DNA of 64,000 bases from positions 1,779-65,778 of IMG/VR virus record IMGVR_UViG_3300037439_000217; one strand, given 5' to 3'. Origin of the DNA: a virus (lineage: Duplodnaviria > Caudoviricetes). The notes under the pieces are model-generated. The model was not told where the DNA came from. It saw only the letters and a list, made by a program, of their open reading frames with translations, and did not search any database. Position numbers and translations under genes: made by a program. Positions 1 through 9,263 of the stretch are shown here, one piece after another (position 1 is the stretch's first letter; each line of letters opens with the position of its first letter).

Positions 1-34
1 CATCGCGGACGATCCTAAGTCGCTCGTCACCGCG

Positions 35-706
35 ATGGTCTGGGAGATCGGAGTTACTCGGTTAAAGATCATCAACGACCTATTACACACAATCAACTAC
101 TTCTCACTGTGGTGCGACGGTCTAGGTCAGTACCAGTGCACCCCGTATATCGAGCAGCACGACCGACCGCCGATCTATACCATGCTGACTCCGTTCACGG
201 CCGGCGACATGTCACTCATGTCACCGGACTGGAAAAGAGACCGCGACATCTACGCGATCCCGAACCGCTACGTGATCGTGACAACGGGCAGCGGGGATAC
301 GCCCGCGATGATCGCGGTGGCGATGAACGTGCATCCCGACAGTCCGTTCTCTTACCCGAGTCGAGGGCGTTGGATCACGCAGGTAGCCACCGGGGCGAAC
401 GCGACCGACCAGGACGACCTCGATGCCATGTCCCGACGCGAGCTGACAGCGCTGACGTCGGTGGCGACCACGATCACCGTCAGTCACAGTTATCTACCCG
501 ATCTGATAATGAACCGAGCGGTGAACTTCGTCAACCCGGATGCCGGATTGGACATAGTGTGCATCGTGACGAAGACCACAATACCGCTCGACCCAACCGC
601 ACTGTGTAGCACAGAACTTCGCGAGGCATGCCCGGCGTGGACGTGCGCAGGAGAGGGACTCGACGAGGAAGGTGAGGGAGAAGGGGGAGGAGAGGAGCCG
701 CCGTGA
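35..706 (+). CDS. minor tail protein, C-terminal part (probably starts upstream of the window)
   Basis: The ORF runs from the window edge and overlaps the next gene by GTGA. Content is typical of actinophage minor tail/baseplate proteins; the call is based on position, with no diagnostic motif. Confidence 0.5.
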   Translation: MVWEIGVTRLKIINDLLHTINYFSLWCDGLGQYQCTPYIEQHDRPPIYTMLTPFTAGDMSLMSPDWKRDRDIYAIPNRYVIVTTGSGDTPAMIAVAMNVHPDSPFSYPSRGRWITQVATGANATDQDDLDAMSRRELTALTSVATTITVSHSYLPDLIMNRAVNFVNPDAGLDIVCIVTKTTIPLDPTALCSTELREACPAWTCAGEGLDEEGEGEGGGEEPP

Positions 707-1404
707 CGTTACTTAACCCGGGCGGATCGGGACTGTGGACCACCCTCGACGCAACCCAGGGGGTTCCTGGTGTCTATGACGCCACCGAGATCCTCAAGCG
801 CACCGGCGTCGCCTGGTACTGGGCGACCGTGATCGACACCAACCCGCTGACCATCCAACTCGATGGCACTAACGTTCCGCTCAACCTGATCCCGGAGTCG
901 CTGGTCGATCCCGCACTGCTAACCATTGGATCGCGAGTGTGGTGCCAGCTCCACAGGCATCAGGTAATCGTACTTGGGGTGTCGGGAAACTCACCGTACC
1001 TTACGGCGTCTTGGGACGAGGAGATCGACGGGATCACCACGTCGAGCACCTCGTATACCTTCGGCTCACCGACCTGCGGCGCGGCGTTCATTGCTCCCAT
1101 ATCTGGGATCGTACTCGTCCAGTACACGGCGCAGTGGGAGCCGGCCACTACGAACACGTGCGGCTGCCAGACCGAGGTCAGGGCCGGGACCAGCACGGGC
1201 GGCACGCTTCACCAGGCGGGAGGCACGGCGAGGTACCGAATGCAGACAGGAACGTCTGGTGGGGTAGGCATGTCAAACGGCCAGCTGTTGGTCACTGGGC
1301 TGACTCCAGGCGATCAGTACACTGCTTGGCTCACGCACATCGTTGGTGGCGGGACCGGGCACACCATCTCCGAGCGGCGCATCGTCGTTCGTCCACAACC
1401 GTGA
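703..1404 (+). CDS. minor tail protein
   Basis: N-terminal 'WATVIDTNPLTIQLDG...VWCQL' module followed by a Gly/Thr/Ser-rich beta-rich C-terminal domain, as in actinophage tail-tip proteins. Confidence 0.55.
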   Translation: MTLLNPGGSGLWTTLDATQGVPGVYDATEILKRTGVAWYWATVIDTNPLTIQLDGTNVPLNLIPESLVDPALLTIGSRVWCQLHRHQVIVLGVSGNSPYLTASWDEEIDGITTSSTSYTFGSPTCGAAFIAPISGIVLVQYTAQWEPATTNTCGCQTEVRAGTSTGGTLHQAGGTARYRMQTGTSGGVGMSNGQLLVTGLTPGDQYTAWLTHIVGGGTGHTISERRIVVRPQP

Positions 1405-1414
1405 GGATGCGTGC

Positions 1415-2062
1415 ATGAGCATACCGAAGCTTCTACACTTCATCTGGTCCGGTCCGCCGATGCCGCGATCGCTGGCCGAGAACGTGCACACGTGGCGGCA
1501 GCTGCACCCGACGTGGAAGCTTCGCATCTGGCGTGACGACGATCTCAGGTGGCTCGAACACGTCGACCTCTACGATCGCGCGCCGTTGCTGGTCCCGTTC
1601 GACGCGATCGGTCAGCTTCGGTCGGACATCGCGCGGTACGAGATCCTCGCGAAGTACGGCGGCTTCTACGCCGACTGTGACACGCGACCGCTGCGGCCGA
1701 TCGACCGCGCGCTCAACGGACTCGACGCGTTCGCCGCGTGGGAAGATGCCACGTGGGTCGGCAACACGTATCTAGGCGCCACGCCGTTCCACCCGGTTAT
1801 GCTCGAACTGATCGCCGGGATGCGGGCAAGTATCACGAGCGGTGCGCGAATGCACATGAGACCGAACCGTCTTACAGGCCCGCGGTACCTTACACCGATC
1901 TGGCGGCGTCACAACTGTCACGTCGCGCCGACCAGGCTGTGGTACCCGTTCTCCTTCATGGACGCATACCGCGGTAGGACGCTCGATGAGAGACGGTACC
2001 CGGAGGCGTATGCCGTTCACCAGTGGCGCCACATCCGCAGCGTGAGGACGGCAAGAGCATGA
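1415..2062 (+). CDS. glycosyltransferase, GT32/OCH1-like (DXD sugar-binding)
   Basis: N-terminal IPKLLHFIW, 'RSDIARYEILAKYGGFYADCD' (DxD motif) and a C-terminal YAVHQW are GT32 hallmarks. Start placed at ATG 1415. Confidence 0.85.
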   Translation: MSIPKLLHFIWSGPPMPRSLAENVHTWRQLHPTWKLRIWRDDDLRWLEHVDLYDRAPLLVPFDAIGQLRSDIARYEILAKYGGFYADCDTRPLRPIDRALNGLDAFAAWEDATWVGNTYLGATPFHPVMLELIAGMRASITSGARMHMRPNRLTGPRYLTPIWRRHNCHVAPTRLWYPFSFMDAYRGRTLDERRYPEAYAVHQWRHIRSVRTARA

Positions 2063-2646
2063 TCCGATTCGATGCGGCCGCGTACTGGGATCGACGCTAC
2101 CGCAACGGTCGCACATCAGGCGCCGGTTCCGAGGGAGTGGCTGCCGTTCGCAAGGCGAGGTACGTCAGCGCGCTGATCGAACGTGAGAGCGTTCGGTCAG
2201 TGGTCGACTGGGGCGTCGGCGACGGCACCGTGCTGGAGCACATCAAGCTCGACGGAGTCGGTTACGTCGGCGTGGACGTCTCGCCGACGATCCTAGATAG
2301 GCTTCGCACGCGGTTCGCCGGCGTGGGTGACTTTCTGCTTCCGGACGACACAGCCGGGTGCCGCGCCGAGCTCGCGCTGTCTCTCGATGTGATCTTCCAC
2401 CTCGTTGACGATCGCGAGTACGAGCTCTACATGCGGCAGCTCTTCGACTCGTCAAGTCGCCTTGTGCTGATCTACTCGACGGACCACGACGGCGGTCGAA
2501 CCGCTCGACACGTCTTGTGGCGCCACTGGACGCCGTACGTTCGTCGATCGTTCCCGGAGTGGTCACTCGAGGAGCATCCGACCGACCCCAAGGCGTTCGG
2601 ATTCTACCTGTACAGACGGCTAGAATCATCACAACGACAAGGTTAA
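2059..2646 (+). CDS. class I SAM-dependent methyltransferase
   Basis: YWDRRY...SGAGS, SAM-binding VVDWGVGDG, YVGVDVS and SLDVIFHL; ATGA overlap with the upstream GT. Confidence 0.85.
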   Translation: MIRFDAAAYWDRRYRNGRTSGAGSEGVAAVRKARYVSALIERESVRSVVDWGVGDGTVLEHIKLDGVGYVGVDVSPTILDRLRTRFAGVGDFLLPDDTAGCRAELALSLDVIFHLVDDREYELYMRQLFDSSSRLVLIYSTDHDGGRTARHVLWRHWTPYVRRSFPEWSLEEHPTDPKAFGFYLYRRLESSQRQG

Positions 2647-2656
2647 GGAGAGCATC

Positions 2657-3115
2657 ATGGTTGACACCCCACGATCCCTCAAGCGACGCCCGGGAGAACC
2701 GCTTCGTCGCGTGCTCGGTCAGCCTCGAGGAGGGACCGACGTACCCGTGGAGACGGAGCCTTCGACGGACGAGCACGAGGCGACTCCAGGCGAGCTGCTG
2801 CCGCCGATGCCTGACGACGCGTACGCGCCCGGCGCGGTTGACCTGGAACCGGTCACGGTCGACACCGAGCAGCCCGAGGAGCACGCGGACGAGCCGGTCG
2901 CTACGGAACAACCAGCGGAGGATCTCGAGGCGTCTGAAGCGCCTGAGCCAGAGGCGCCGGAGACGTCGAGGGAGCTCGAACTTGAGAAGCCGATCGACGA
3001 CCACACGGTCTCCGAGCTTCGCGACATCGCCAAGAAGAACGAGATCGACCTCACCGGCGCGCACCTCAAGGACGACATCATCGCGCGGATCGTCGAGTGG
3101 GCATCGGCCGAGTAG
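2657..3115 (+). CDS. acidic protein with C-terminal Rho-N/HeH-like helical domain
   Basis: Glu/Pro-rich linker followed by 'TVSELRDIAKKNEIDLTGAHLKDDIIARI'; SD AAGGAG. Confidence 0.6.
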   Translation: MVDTPRSLKRRPGEPLRRVLGQPRGGTDVPVETEPSTDEHEATPGELLPPMPDDAYAPGAVDLEPVTVDTEQPEEHADEPVATEQPAEDLEASEAPEPEAPETSRELELEKPIDDHTVSELRDIAKKNEIDLTGAHLKDDIIARIVEWASAE

Positions 3116-3744
3116 CCGATCGTGTCTCGGCACACGGCCGTAGCTACCTGATCCGAGCGCCTAACCCGATCGCACACTTCACGCGTCTCGGAGATCCGTA
3201 CGAGCAGCCGCTGCTCGAGCAGATCTATGCGCAAGGTTTCGCCGGAACCGCGGTCGACGTCGGCGCTCACGTCGGCAACCACACGCTCTGGCTGGCTGCG
3301 ATCTGCGGGCTTAAGGTGGATGCGATCGAACCTGTGCTGCACCGCGAGCTTCGAGACAACGTCGAGTTGAACCGACTACAGGACGTCGTGCGTGTACACC
3401 CGTTCGCTCTCGGCGAACGTTCGGGCACGGCGCATCACACCGGTCCGTTCGGACGACTCGCCGTCGGTGACGGTGCGATCGAGGTGCGACGCCTCGATGA
3501 CCTTGATCTGCGCGACGTAAGTGTGATCAAGATCGACGTGGAAGGTATGGAGGCGGCGGTCATCGCCGGCGGCGAGAGGACGATCCGACGCGATGCGCCG
3601 ATGATCTACGCCGAGGAGTGGCTCGAGCCGCAGTGGCACAGTGACATCGCCGCGGTTCTGGAACCGTGGGGCTACCGAATGACATACAAGTTCGAATCAC
3701 CGGAGGCGTGGACGCCGCTGGGACGATGGGAGTGCCATGGTTAG
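3097..3744 (+). CDS. FkbM-family methyltransferase
   Basis: VDVGAHVGNHT, VDAIEP, FALG, IKIDVEGMEAAVIAG and PMIYAE motifs. Confidence 0.85.
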   Translation: MGIGRVADRVSAHGRSYLIRAPNPIAHFTRLGDPYEQPLLEQIYAQGFAGTAVDVGAHVGNHTLWLAAICGLKVDAIEPVLHRELRDNVELNRLQDVVRVHPFALGERSGTAHHTGPFGRLAVGDGAIEVRRLDDLDLRDVSVIKIDVEGMEAAVIAGGERTIRRDAPMIYAEEWLEPQWHSDIAAVLEPWGYRMTYKFESPEAWTPLGRWECHG

Positions 3745-4570
3745 GCTGTCTGCTTCGATCATGGCGCATCCGGTTCGCAGACCGTACGTTGATGAGCTCG
3801 TCGGCTGGCTCGACCGCAAGGTGCCGATCTCGTGGGACAACGAAGGACCGCCGAGTCCGGACCGTCAGCGGCGATGGCGGACCGGCCGACGCGCGTGGGA
3901 GATGCACGATCCCAAGGCCGAGTGGCACATCGTGATCCAGGACGACGCGCTGGTCTGCCGCGATCTTCTCGCAGGTCTCGAGCGTGCGCTTGATCACGTA
4001 CCGGCCGAGGGAGTCGTCCAGCCGTACATCGGTAGCAAGCGACCCGCGCAGCTGACGGTCACGAAGGTCATCCGCGACGCGCGTGACAAGTTCCCGCAGG
4101 CATCGTGGGTCGGAATGCGGTCGATGGGCTGGGGGGTCGCGATCGCCGCTAAGGTGGAGACGATCGCCGATATGATCGACTGGTGCAATAGCAGGGTCAC
4201 GATGCCGTATGACATGCGCATCGGACGGTTTTACCGGGACGCGTTGCGACAGCTAACGTGGCACCCGTTCCCGTCCCTGGTCGATCATCGACAGGGACCG
4301 TCGCTGATCGCGCACTCGGATGCGGGACGACACGCGCATGTGTTCTGGGAGGGATCGGCACTCGACCTTGACTGGAACGGACGCGTGGTTGTGGAACCGA
4401 AGCTTGAGCGGTTCTTCGTCGCTCAACCGCGAGCTATAAGCCCACGCTATGATCTCGGAACGTTAGCTACCGTTGAGGCAGCACAACCGGAGCTGAGGAA
4501 CCCACGATCGCTTAAGCGTCGGCCGGGCGATCCGCTTCACCGCAACCGCCGCGCTAGGATCGACGTATGA
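3737..4570 (+). CDS. putative glycosyltransferase (GT-A-like, actinophage type)
   Basis: IMAHPVR, WHIVIQDDA (DD metal motif), PYDMRIG and PSLVDHR, a pattern seen in actinophage GT25-like enzymes. Confidence 0.65.
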   Translation: MVRLSASIMAHPVRRPYVDELVGWLDRKVPISWDNEGPPSPDRQRRWRTGRRAWEMHDPKAEWHIVIQDDALVCRDLLAGLERALDHVPAEGVVQPYIGSKRPAQLTVTKVIRDARDKFPQASWVGMRSMGWGVAIAAKVETIADMIDWCNSRVTMPYDMRIGRFYRDALRQLTWHPFPSLVDHRQGPSLIAHSDAGRHAHVFWEGSALDLDWNGRVVVEPKLERFFVAQPRAISPRYDLGTLATVEAAQPELRNPRSLKRRPGDPLHRNRRARIDV

Positions 4571-4854
4571 CAAACGCCTTTGAGCGAGAGACCACGATCA
4601 ACGCCTCGGACGGCGATGACCTCGTTCGGATCTGGACGGCGCAGCGAACGGTGATCACTAGACTGCGAAGGCACAAGTCATTCACCGAGGTCAAGTCAGG
4701 TGTCGACACCGACGGCTTCCAGTGGGCGGAGTTCACGATCCCGGCCGACAGGTGGAATCCCGCCACCGGCGCGAAGCGGACGCTCAACCTGACCGAGGAG
4801 CAGAGGGCAGAGCGTGCCGCGCGTCTGCTGCGAGCGCGCGAGGAAGCCGGCTGA
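4567..4854 (+). CDS. hypothetical protein
   Basis: ATGA-coupled 95-aa ORF. Confidence 0.6.
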   Translation: MTNAFERETTINASDGDDLVRIWTAQRTVITRLRRHKSFTEVKSGVDTDGFQWAEFTIPADRWNPATGAKRTLNLTEEQRAERAARLLRAREEAG

Positions 4855-4966
4855 GAACCGGCCCTCTGCGTGTCGAAACCTACGAGACCGTCGATGGTTC
4901 GCGACGACGACGACAAACGGACGTACAAACTGGTCGGCGTGTCACGAGACGCCGCGCTCAGCACGT

Positions 4967-5006
4967 AACAAACCCGCCCGGTGCTGTCCTACCGGGCGGG
5001 TTTGTT
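4967..5006. terminator. bidirectional intrinsic terminator between the convergent arms
   Basis: Perfect 16-bp stem AACAAACCCGCCCGGT / ACCGGGCGGGTTTGTT with an 8-nt loop. Confidence 0.85.
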
Positions 5007-5012
5007 GATGCG

Positions 5013-5474
5013 TCAGTCGTGGATCGTGTGACCACACTTGCGGCACGTCTTGCTTCCCGCCGGGTTGTACGTGTAGTCCCACTCGTCCGGGTAGTCGTGC
5101 TGGCACGCGTCCTGCCGGCGGAGCTCCTGCACACGACGGCGTTCGGCCAGATGCTCCTCGGTCGTCGGCCCGTCCGCCAGGAACGCCTGGATCCACGCGG
5201 GGACCAGCCTCCGCATGTCGACGACCTCGTACCCGATGACCTTCCGATCCTCCTTGTGCCGCACCGTAAGAACCATGTACGAGCTGCCGAGTCCTGCGCC
5301 GCTGGTGACCTCGAACTCGATATCGCCGTTGTCGCCGCTAGCCCACTCCATCTGGAACCCGGCCGGGATCGGCGACTCGACGCGGACCCTCGGCAACTCG
5401 ACCGCGGTCGGCGTGTCGAGCACCGGGTCCATCGTGATCGGACGACCACCCTCCCATGCGCTTACACTTACCAT
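5013..5474 (-). CDS. hypothetical protein with C-terminal Cys/His motif
   Basis: SD GGAGGAG before the ATG; C-terminal CQH...CRKCGH. Confidence 0.55.
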   Translation of the reverse strand: MVSVSAWEGGRPITMDPVLDTPTAVELPRVRVESPIPAGFQMEWASGDNGDIEFEVTSGAGLGSSYMVLTVRHKEDRKVIGYEVVDMRRLVPAWIQAFLADGPTTEEHLAERRRVQELRRQDACQHDYPDEWDYTYNPAGSKTCRKCGHTIHD

Positions 5475-5482
5475 CTCTCCTC

Positions 5483-5941
5483 CTATCCTCCTACCGGCGC
5501 GATCGTCGCGTCGGACGTCTTCTTCTTACGTACCGTACGCCACGAGATGCCACAGACGACGCAGATCTGAACGGGCGTGTCGTCGTCGCTGCCGGCGGGA
5601 ACCGCAACCGGGAGAGGCGTCCTGCACACCGGACAGCGCGACCGCCGACGAGGGCGCAGAAGCGCATCGCGCTGACGTGCTGTCAGGCCGCCTCTGACGC
5701 ACCAGTCACCGCGCCACAGTGCGTCCACCAGGCACTCGCGACGAACGGGACACGAGTCGCAGATCGTCGCCGCTGCCTCAGGCGGGTAGTAGGCGGTGTC
5801 CGGCGCGTCCCACGGATCGTAGTCGCGGGTCGCCTTGCCGTTGCATGCGGAGCGCTCGCGCCAGCTCTGGTCATCGACCGCGGCGGGAGGCGCCACCTGG
5901 ACGCCTCCCCCTACCGCGATCGGACGGTACCAGCCGGACAT
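5483..5941 (-). CDS. whiB: WhiB-family Fe-S transcription factor with C-terminal Zn ribbon
   Basis: WRERSAC...ICDSCPVRREC...VRGGLTARQR (four Cys plus a GxxGG-like turn); extra CPVC...CVVC. Confidence 0.85.
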   Translation of the reverse strand: MSGWYRPIAVGGGVQVAPPAAVDDQSWRERSACNGKATRDYDPWDAPDTAYYPPEAAATICDSCPVRRECLVDALWRGDWCVRGGLTARQRDALLRPRRRSRCPVCRTPLPVAVPAGSDDDTPVQICVVCGISWRTVRKKKTSDATIAPVGG

Positions 5942-5942
5942 C

Positions 5943-6875
5943 TCAGGCCGCCAGCGTCAGCGTCTCGCGGGCGATGCGGTCGAGTGTCTTGTGCGTGCCG
6001 CCGTTCAGCGCGGTCATGAACCGTGCCTCGGTGTTGTCGGGACGCCCCTGACGGTGCCACTCGAGGAACTCACTCGCCGCGTTGACCAGGCCCCAGCCGG
6101 TGTCGTTGTACCCGACGCGGTCCTCGTCGTTGTGCCACAGGTCGACGATCGTGTCCAGAACCTTCGGACGACCCTTGCCTCCGAGGTAGTGAGGTACCGC
6201 GTCCTCAAGGATCGCGCGCGCCCTCTTTTCGGTCGGGTGCACCAGCATCAGCTTCTCGGCGAGCCGGTTGAACGCGGCCGTGTACTTGTCAAGCTGCGAC
6301 ATCGTGAACTGCGCCTCCTTCATCTTGTCGCGCATCGTGGTCGTGTGCGGAATCGACCAGCGCTGCTTGGCTCCCTTGCTGAACGTGCTAAGGGTCAGCT
6401 GGTTCATGCACTTGCCCCGCAGCGACATGATCGAGACCTCGAGGGCGCGGGACCGGTCGTGCGACGTCCGCAGCACGATGAAGAGTTCGTGCTCGTCGCC
6501 GAGCGGCGCGATCTTCACCTCAGGTTCGACGACCATGAACCCCTGGCGTCCGCCGCGCAGCTGGCCGGCGGCGACGAAGCGCGGGCTGATCGCGTCCATG
6601 AAGTCGAACGCCTCGCCGAACTGCAGCGCCTCGTAGTCCTTGCCGACGTACTCGAAAAGCTCCTCGGTGTCATCGCGTACGACGGCAACGCGGTTCTCGG
6701 TCCAGATCGTCTTACCGTCGGCGTCCATGAACCCGGCCGGGCGCTTGCTGACGGTGAAGTCCAGCCCGACCATCTTGGCCGCCTGCGCGGCGGTCTTAGC
6801 CTTCTTCTCGAGCTTGCCGATCTTCATCCAGGGCACCTCGCGGGTGGAGAACTCGGTTGCGATGGTAACGGTCAT
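5943..6875 (-). CDS. DUF932/TIGR03299-type phage/plasmid protein
   Basis: REVPW, YEALQFGEAFDF, AAGQLRGGRQ, RTSHD, CMNQL, HT and GWGLVNAASEFLEW match this family. Confidence 0.8.
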   Translation of the reverse strand: MTVTIATEFSTREVPWMKIGKLEKKAKTAAQAAKMVGLDFTVSKRPAGFMDADGKTIWTENRVAVVRDDTEELFEYVGKDYEALQFGEAFDFMDAISPRFVAAGQLRGGRQGFMVVEPEVKIAPLGDEHELFIVLRTSHDRSRALEVSIMSLRGKCMNQLTLSTFSKGAKQRWSIPHTTTMRDKMKEAQFTMSQLDKYTAAFNRLAEKLMLVHPTEKRARAILEDAVPHYLGGKGRPKVLDTIVDLWHNDEDRVGYNDTGWGLVNAASEFLEWHRQGRPDNTEARFMTALNGGTHKTLDRIARETLTLAA

Positions 6876-6908
6876 TTCTCTTCCTCCTTTGATCTTTCCT
6901 CTTCTGCC

Positions 6909-7514
6909 TCAGCTGAAGCTGAAGTACTGGACGCAGACGGGACCGATTCCGCGTTCGACGGACTCGGCTGCCTTGAGCTTGCGGCCGCAGCGGACGCACT
7001 GGCCGTAGCGGAGGATGAACGCCTTCGCCTCATCCAGGGTCATCTTGCGGGCGGTGCGGACCTGGCGCTTGAGCTCCGGTGAGTATTCCCACTCGCCGTG
7101 CACGTGCTCGCCGGTCGCGTCGACGAGGCGCTCACCGCGAATCTCGACCCAGCGTTTGGTGTAGACGTTGGTCTTGGTGCGGTTCGGCTTGGCCTGAACG
7201 ACGGTGCCGTCCTCGAGGACGTAGACGCCGATCTCGGGCTGCGTGCGCTCGGCGTCGGCGGCGTCGCGCGGCCGGGTCTTCAACCAGTCGATCAGCTGGG
7301 ACAGCTCGCGAGCGGTCGGCTGCCGCGACTCGAGGCGATCGGCCAGCGCGTTCATGCGGCTCATCAGGTCGTGTCCGTACTGCGGGACGAGGCGTTCGCC
7401 GACGAGGGTGAACGCGTAGTCGAGAGCCTTCTCGCTGGGGATGCGGCGGTCCTGAGGGTCGTGGCCCGGGTAGAAGCGATCCCGGTTCGGAGTGGCGGTT
7501 GTGGTGACGGTCAT
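6909..7514 (-). CDS. DUF6011-like zinc-finger protein
   Basis: C-terminal GQCVRCGRKL...SVERGIGPVC. Confidence 0.7.
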   Translation of the reverse strand: MTVTTTATPNRDRFYPGHDPQDRRIPSEKALDYAFTLVGERLVPQYGHDLMSRMNALADRLESRQPTARELSQLIDWLKTRPRDAADAERTQPEIGVYVLEDGTVVQAKPNRTKTNVYTKRWVEIRGERLVDATGEHVHGEWEYSPELKRQVRTARKMTLDEAKAFILRYGQCVRCGRKLKAAESVERGIGPVCVQYFSFS

Positions 7515-7551
7515 GATCTTTCCTCCTCAACGATCGTTCCTCGTAGTGACC

Positions 7552-7580
7552 ACGTTAGCATAAGCGTGATGCTAGTGCAA
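7552..7580 (-). promoter_or_regulatory. class-1 (early) promoter
   Basis: TTGCAC-17 nt (contains TCACGCTTATGC)-TAACGT on the minus strand. Confidence 0.75.
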
Positions 7581-8000
7581 CTACCCGCGATGCGAGATAT
7601 ACTCGACCTTGTCGGGAACCTCGATGTTGATGTCGTGGACCACCAGGTACCGGTCGCTGCCGCCGAGCTTGACCAGCTTGACGCGTCCGTTGTTCGGCAA
7701 CGCGACGACGACGAAGTACGTGTCCGGCTCATACCCGAATTTCGGGTCATACGCCTCCGGCTTCATCGTGACGACGGTGCCTACCTGAACCGGCGGCGCC
7801 TCGGGTGCGGTCGATGTGAACTCGCGGTCGGTCTCGCGCAGTGTGCGCCGATCGTACCGCCAGCGCTTGCCTATCTCGTCCTCAACGACGGCGTTCTTCG
7901 GACCGACGCTGACGATCCTGAGCAGCGTTCCGGTGCGGGTCGCCTCGACGACCTGGCCGGGCCGGTGGTACGGCAGCATCGGGTACTGTGTTGCGGTCAT
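7581..8000 (-). CDS. hypothetical protein
   Basis: SD AGGAGGAAAGATC-ATG. Confidence 0.6.
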   Translation of the reverse strand: MTATQYPMLPYHRPGQVVEATRTGTLLRIVSVGPKNAVVEDEIGKRWRYDRRTLRETDREFTSTAPEAPPVQVGTVVTMKPEAYDPKFGYEPDTYFVVVALPNNGRVKLVKLGGSDRYLVVHDINIEVPDKVEYISHRG

Positions 8001-8011
8001 GATCTTTCCTC

Positions 8012-8611
8012 CTAGTAGTAGCCGCCAGAGCGGCGGCGCTGGCTGCGGAGCAGTTCCTTGCCCCACGATCCCTGCCAACCGGCACGACGTCCGTACCGGC
8101 GGTGAAGCTTGCCCATCCCCTCGAGGTTATCCTCGCAGAGGTCCGGCCAGATGTCGTGCCAGACGACGTCCCACCGGACGCTGGCGGGCCACTTGACCGT
8201 ATACGCGTCGTCGTGGTGAATCACCAGACGCGGGTCGTCGTAGCCCGGAGACACAAGACGGATCACGCGATCGTCAACCTCTACAACGTCCACGTGCTCG
8301 ATGTGCGCACACGCGAGCGTGGCACGCAGGACCATCCCGATGCCCAGTCCGTTGATGAGGACACGGCGTGTCTCCGGCTTGCGGATACGCCAGACCGCCT
8401 CGAGGTGGTCATGCCATTCAGCACTCGTGTCCGACATCACCAGCCGACCGTCGATCTCCAGTCTCGTGTACGTGCCAGGTGACGGCACGCGGGCGCCGTA
8501 GTGGAAGACGCTCATCGCGGATGCCTGCGCGGTGACCTCGAACTTCTCGATCTTGACGCCGTCGAGTTCGCCCTCGGGCAGGTCGACCTTGTGATCGTAC
8601 ATGGTCCTCAT
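8012..8611 (-). CDS. spermidine-synthase-like class I SAM methyltransferase
   Basis: RVLINGLGIG, DVVEVD, HHDDAY and WDVVWHDIW; ATGA overlap at 8608-8611. Confidence 0.7.
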   Translation of the reverse strand: MRTMYDHKVDLPEGELDGVKIEKFEVTAQASAMSVFHYGARVPSPGTYTRLEIDGRLVMSDTSAEWHDHLEAVWRIRKPETRRVLINGLGIGMVLRATLACAHIEHVDVVEVDDRVIRLVSPGYDDPRLVIHHDDAYTVKWPASVRWDVVWHDIWPDLCEDNLEGMGKLHRRYGRRAGWQGSWGKELLRSQRRRSGGYY

Positions 8612-8820
8612 TCCTCGATCCTTTCCCACGCGGTGAAGTTGCCTTTGACGTCCTTTGCGCCGTGCTCGATCGCGGCGTGCTGCTTCGCGTCGTTCACGGC
8701 CAGGTCGCGCTGCACGATGCCGTCCGGCTGGTGTAACCGCTTGCCACATGTGTTACAGAACGCGGCGTGGAACAGGATTGCGTCGCGGTACCAGCTAGCA
8801 ATGATGAACGTGTGAATCAT
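8608..8820 (-). CDS. hypothetical protein
   Basis: Coupled small ORF with CNTCG. Confidence 0.5.
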   Translation of the reverse strand: MIHTFIIASWYRDAILFHAAFCNTCGKRLHQPDGIVQRDLAVNDAKQHAAIEHGAKDVKGNFTAWERIEE

Positions 8821-8824
8821 CGTC

Positions 8825-9004
8825 TTACCTCCAACTTACATTCGCGTTGACCTCACCGTCGCCAAAGACGCCCATGTGAGCGACGCCCTCACCAACGTAC
8901 TCCTTGACATCCTTGCGAATCGCGGCGACGCCTTCCACGCCGAACGTAGTAGTCCACTCGCTCGGATCGTCGAGCTCGACAGTGACAGTGACTGCGATCT
9001 TCAT
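8825..9004 (-). CDS. hypothetical protein (59 aa, not in the ORF track)
   Basis: Read manually: MKIAVTVTVELDDPSEWTTTFG...VSWR*, SD GAGGA. Confidence 0.55.
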   Translation of the reverse strand: MKIAVTVTVELDDPSEWTTTFGVEGVAAIRKDVKEYVGEGVAHMGVFGDGEVNANVSWR

Positions 9005-9027
9005 GTCCTCTTCTCCTCGTGTCCTCG

Positions 9028-9258
9028 TTAGCCTATCTTCTTCGCGTACCTAGGAGTGCGGCCGTGCTCGAGCGCGAACATGAGGCGACGGAGGCAGCTC
9101 TCGGCGGCCTCGAGCGTGTCGTGATCGTGGACGCACTGCCAGTAGGTGATCTCGCTCCAGCCGTCGCCCTTGGGTACGGAGAACTGCGTCTGGGCGTGCC
9201 AGAAGGTCTTGGTGTGGGTCTCGGCGCGCGCGTACACCGCGTTTCCGGTACGGTTCAT
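9028..9258 (-). CDS. hypothetical protein
   Basis: MNRTGNAV... portion of the longer ORF. Confidence 0.45.
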   Translation of the reverse strand: MNRTGNAVYARAETHTKTFWHAQTQFSVPKGDGWSEITYWQCVHDHDTLEAAESCLRRLMFALEHGRTPRYAKKIG

Positions 9259-9263
9259 GATGA

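Noticed and set aside
6911-6922. 12-bp match AGCTGAAGCTGA to the 5' end of ncRNA 1 (48785-48796)
   Set aside because: It is explained by the codons for F-S-F-S-stop on the minus strand; a single short match is plausible by chance.
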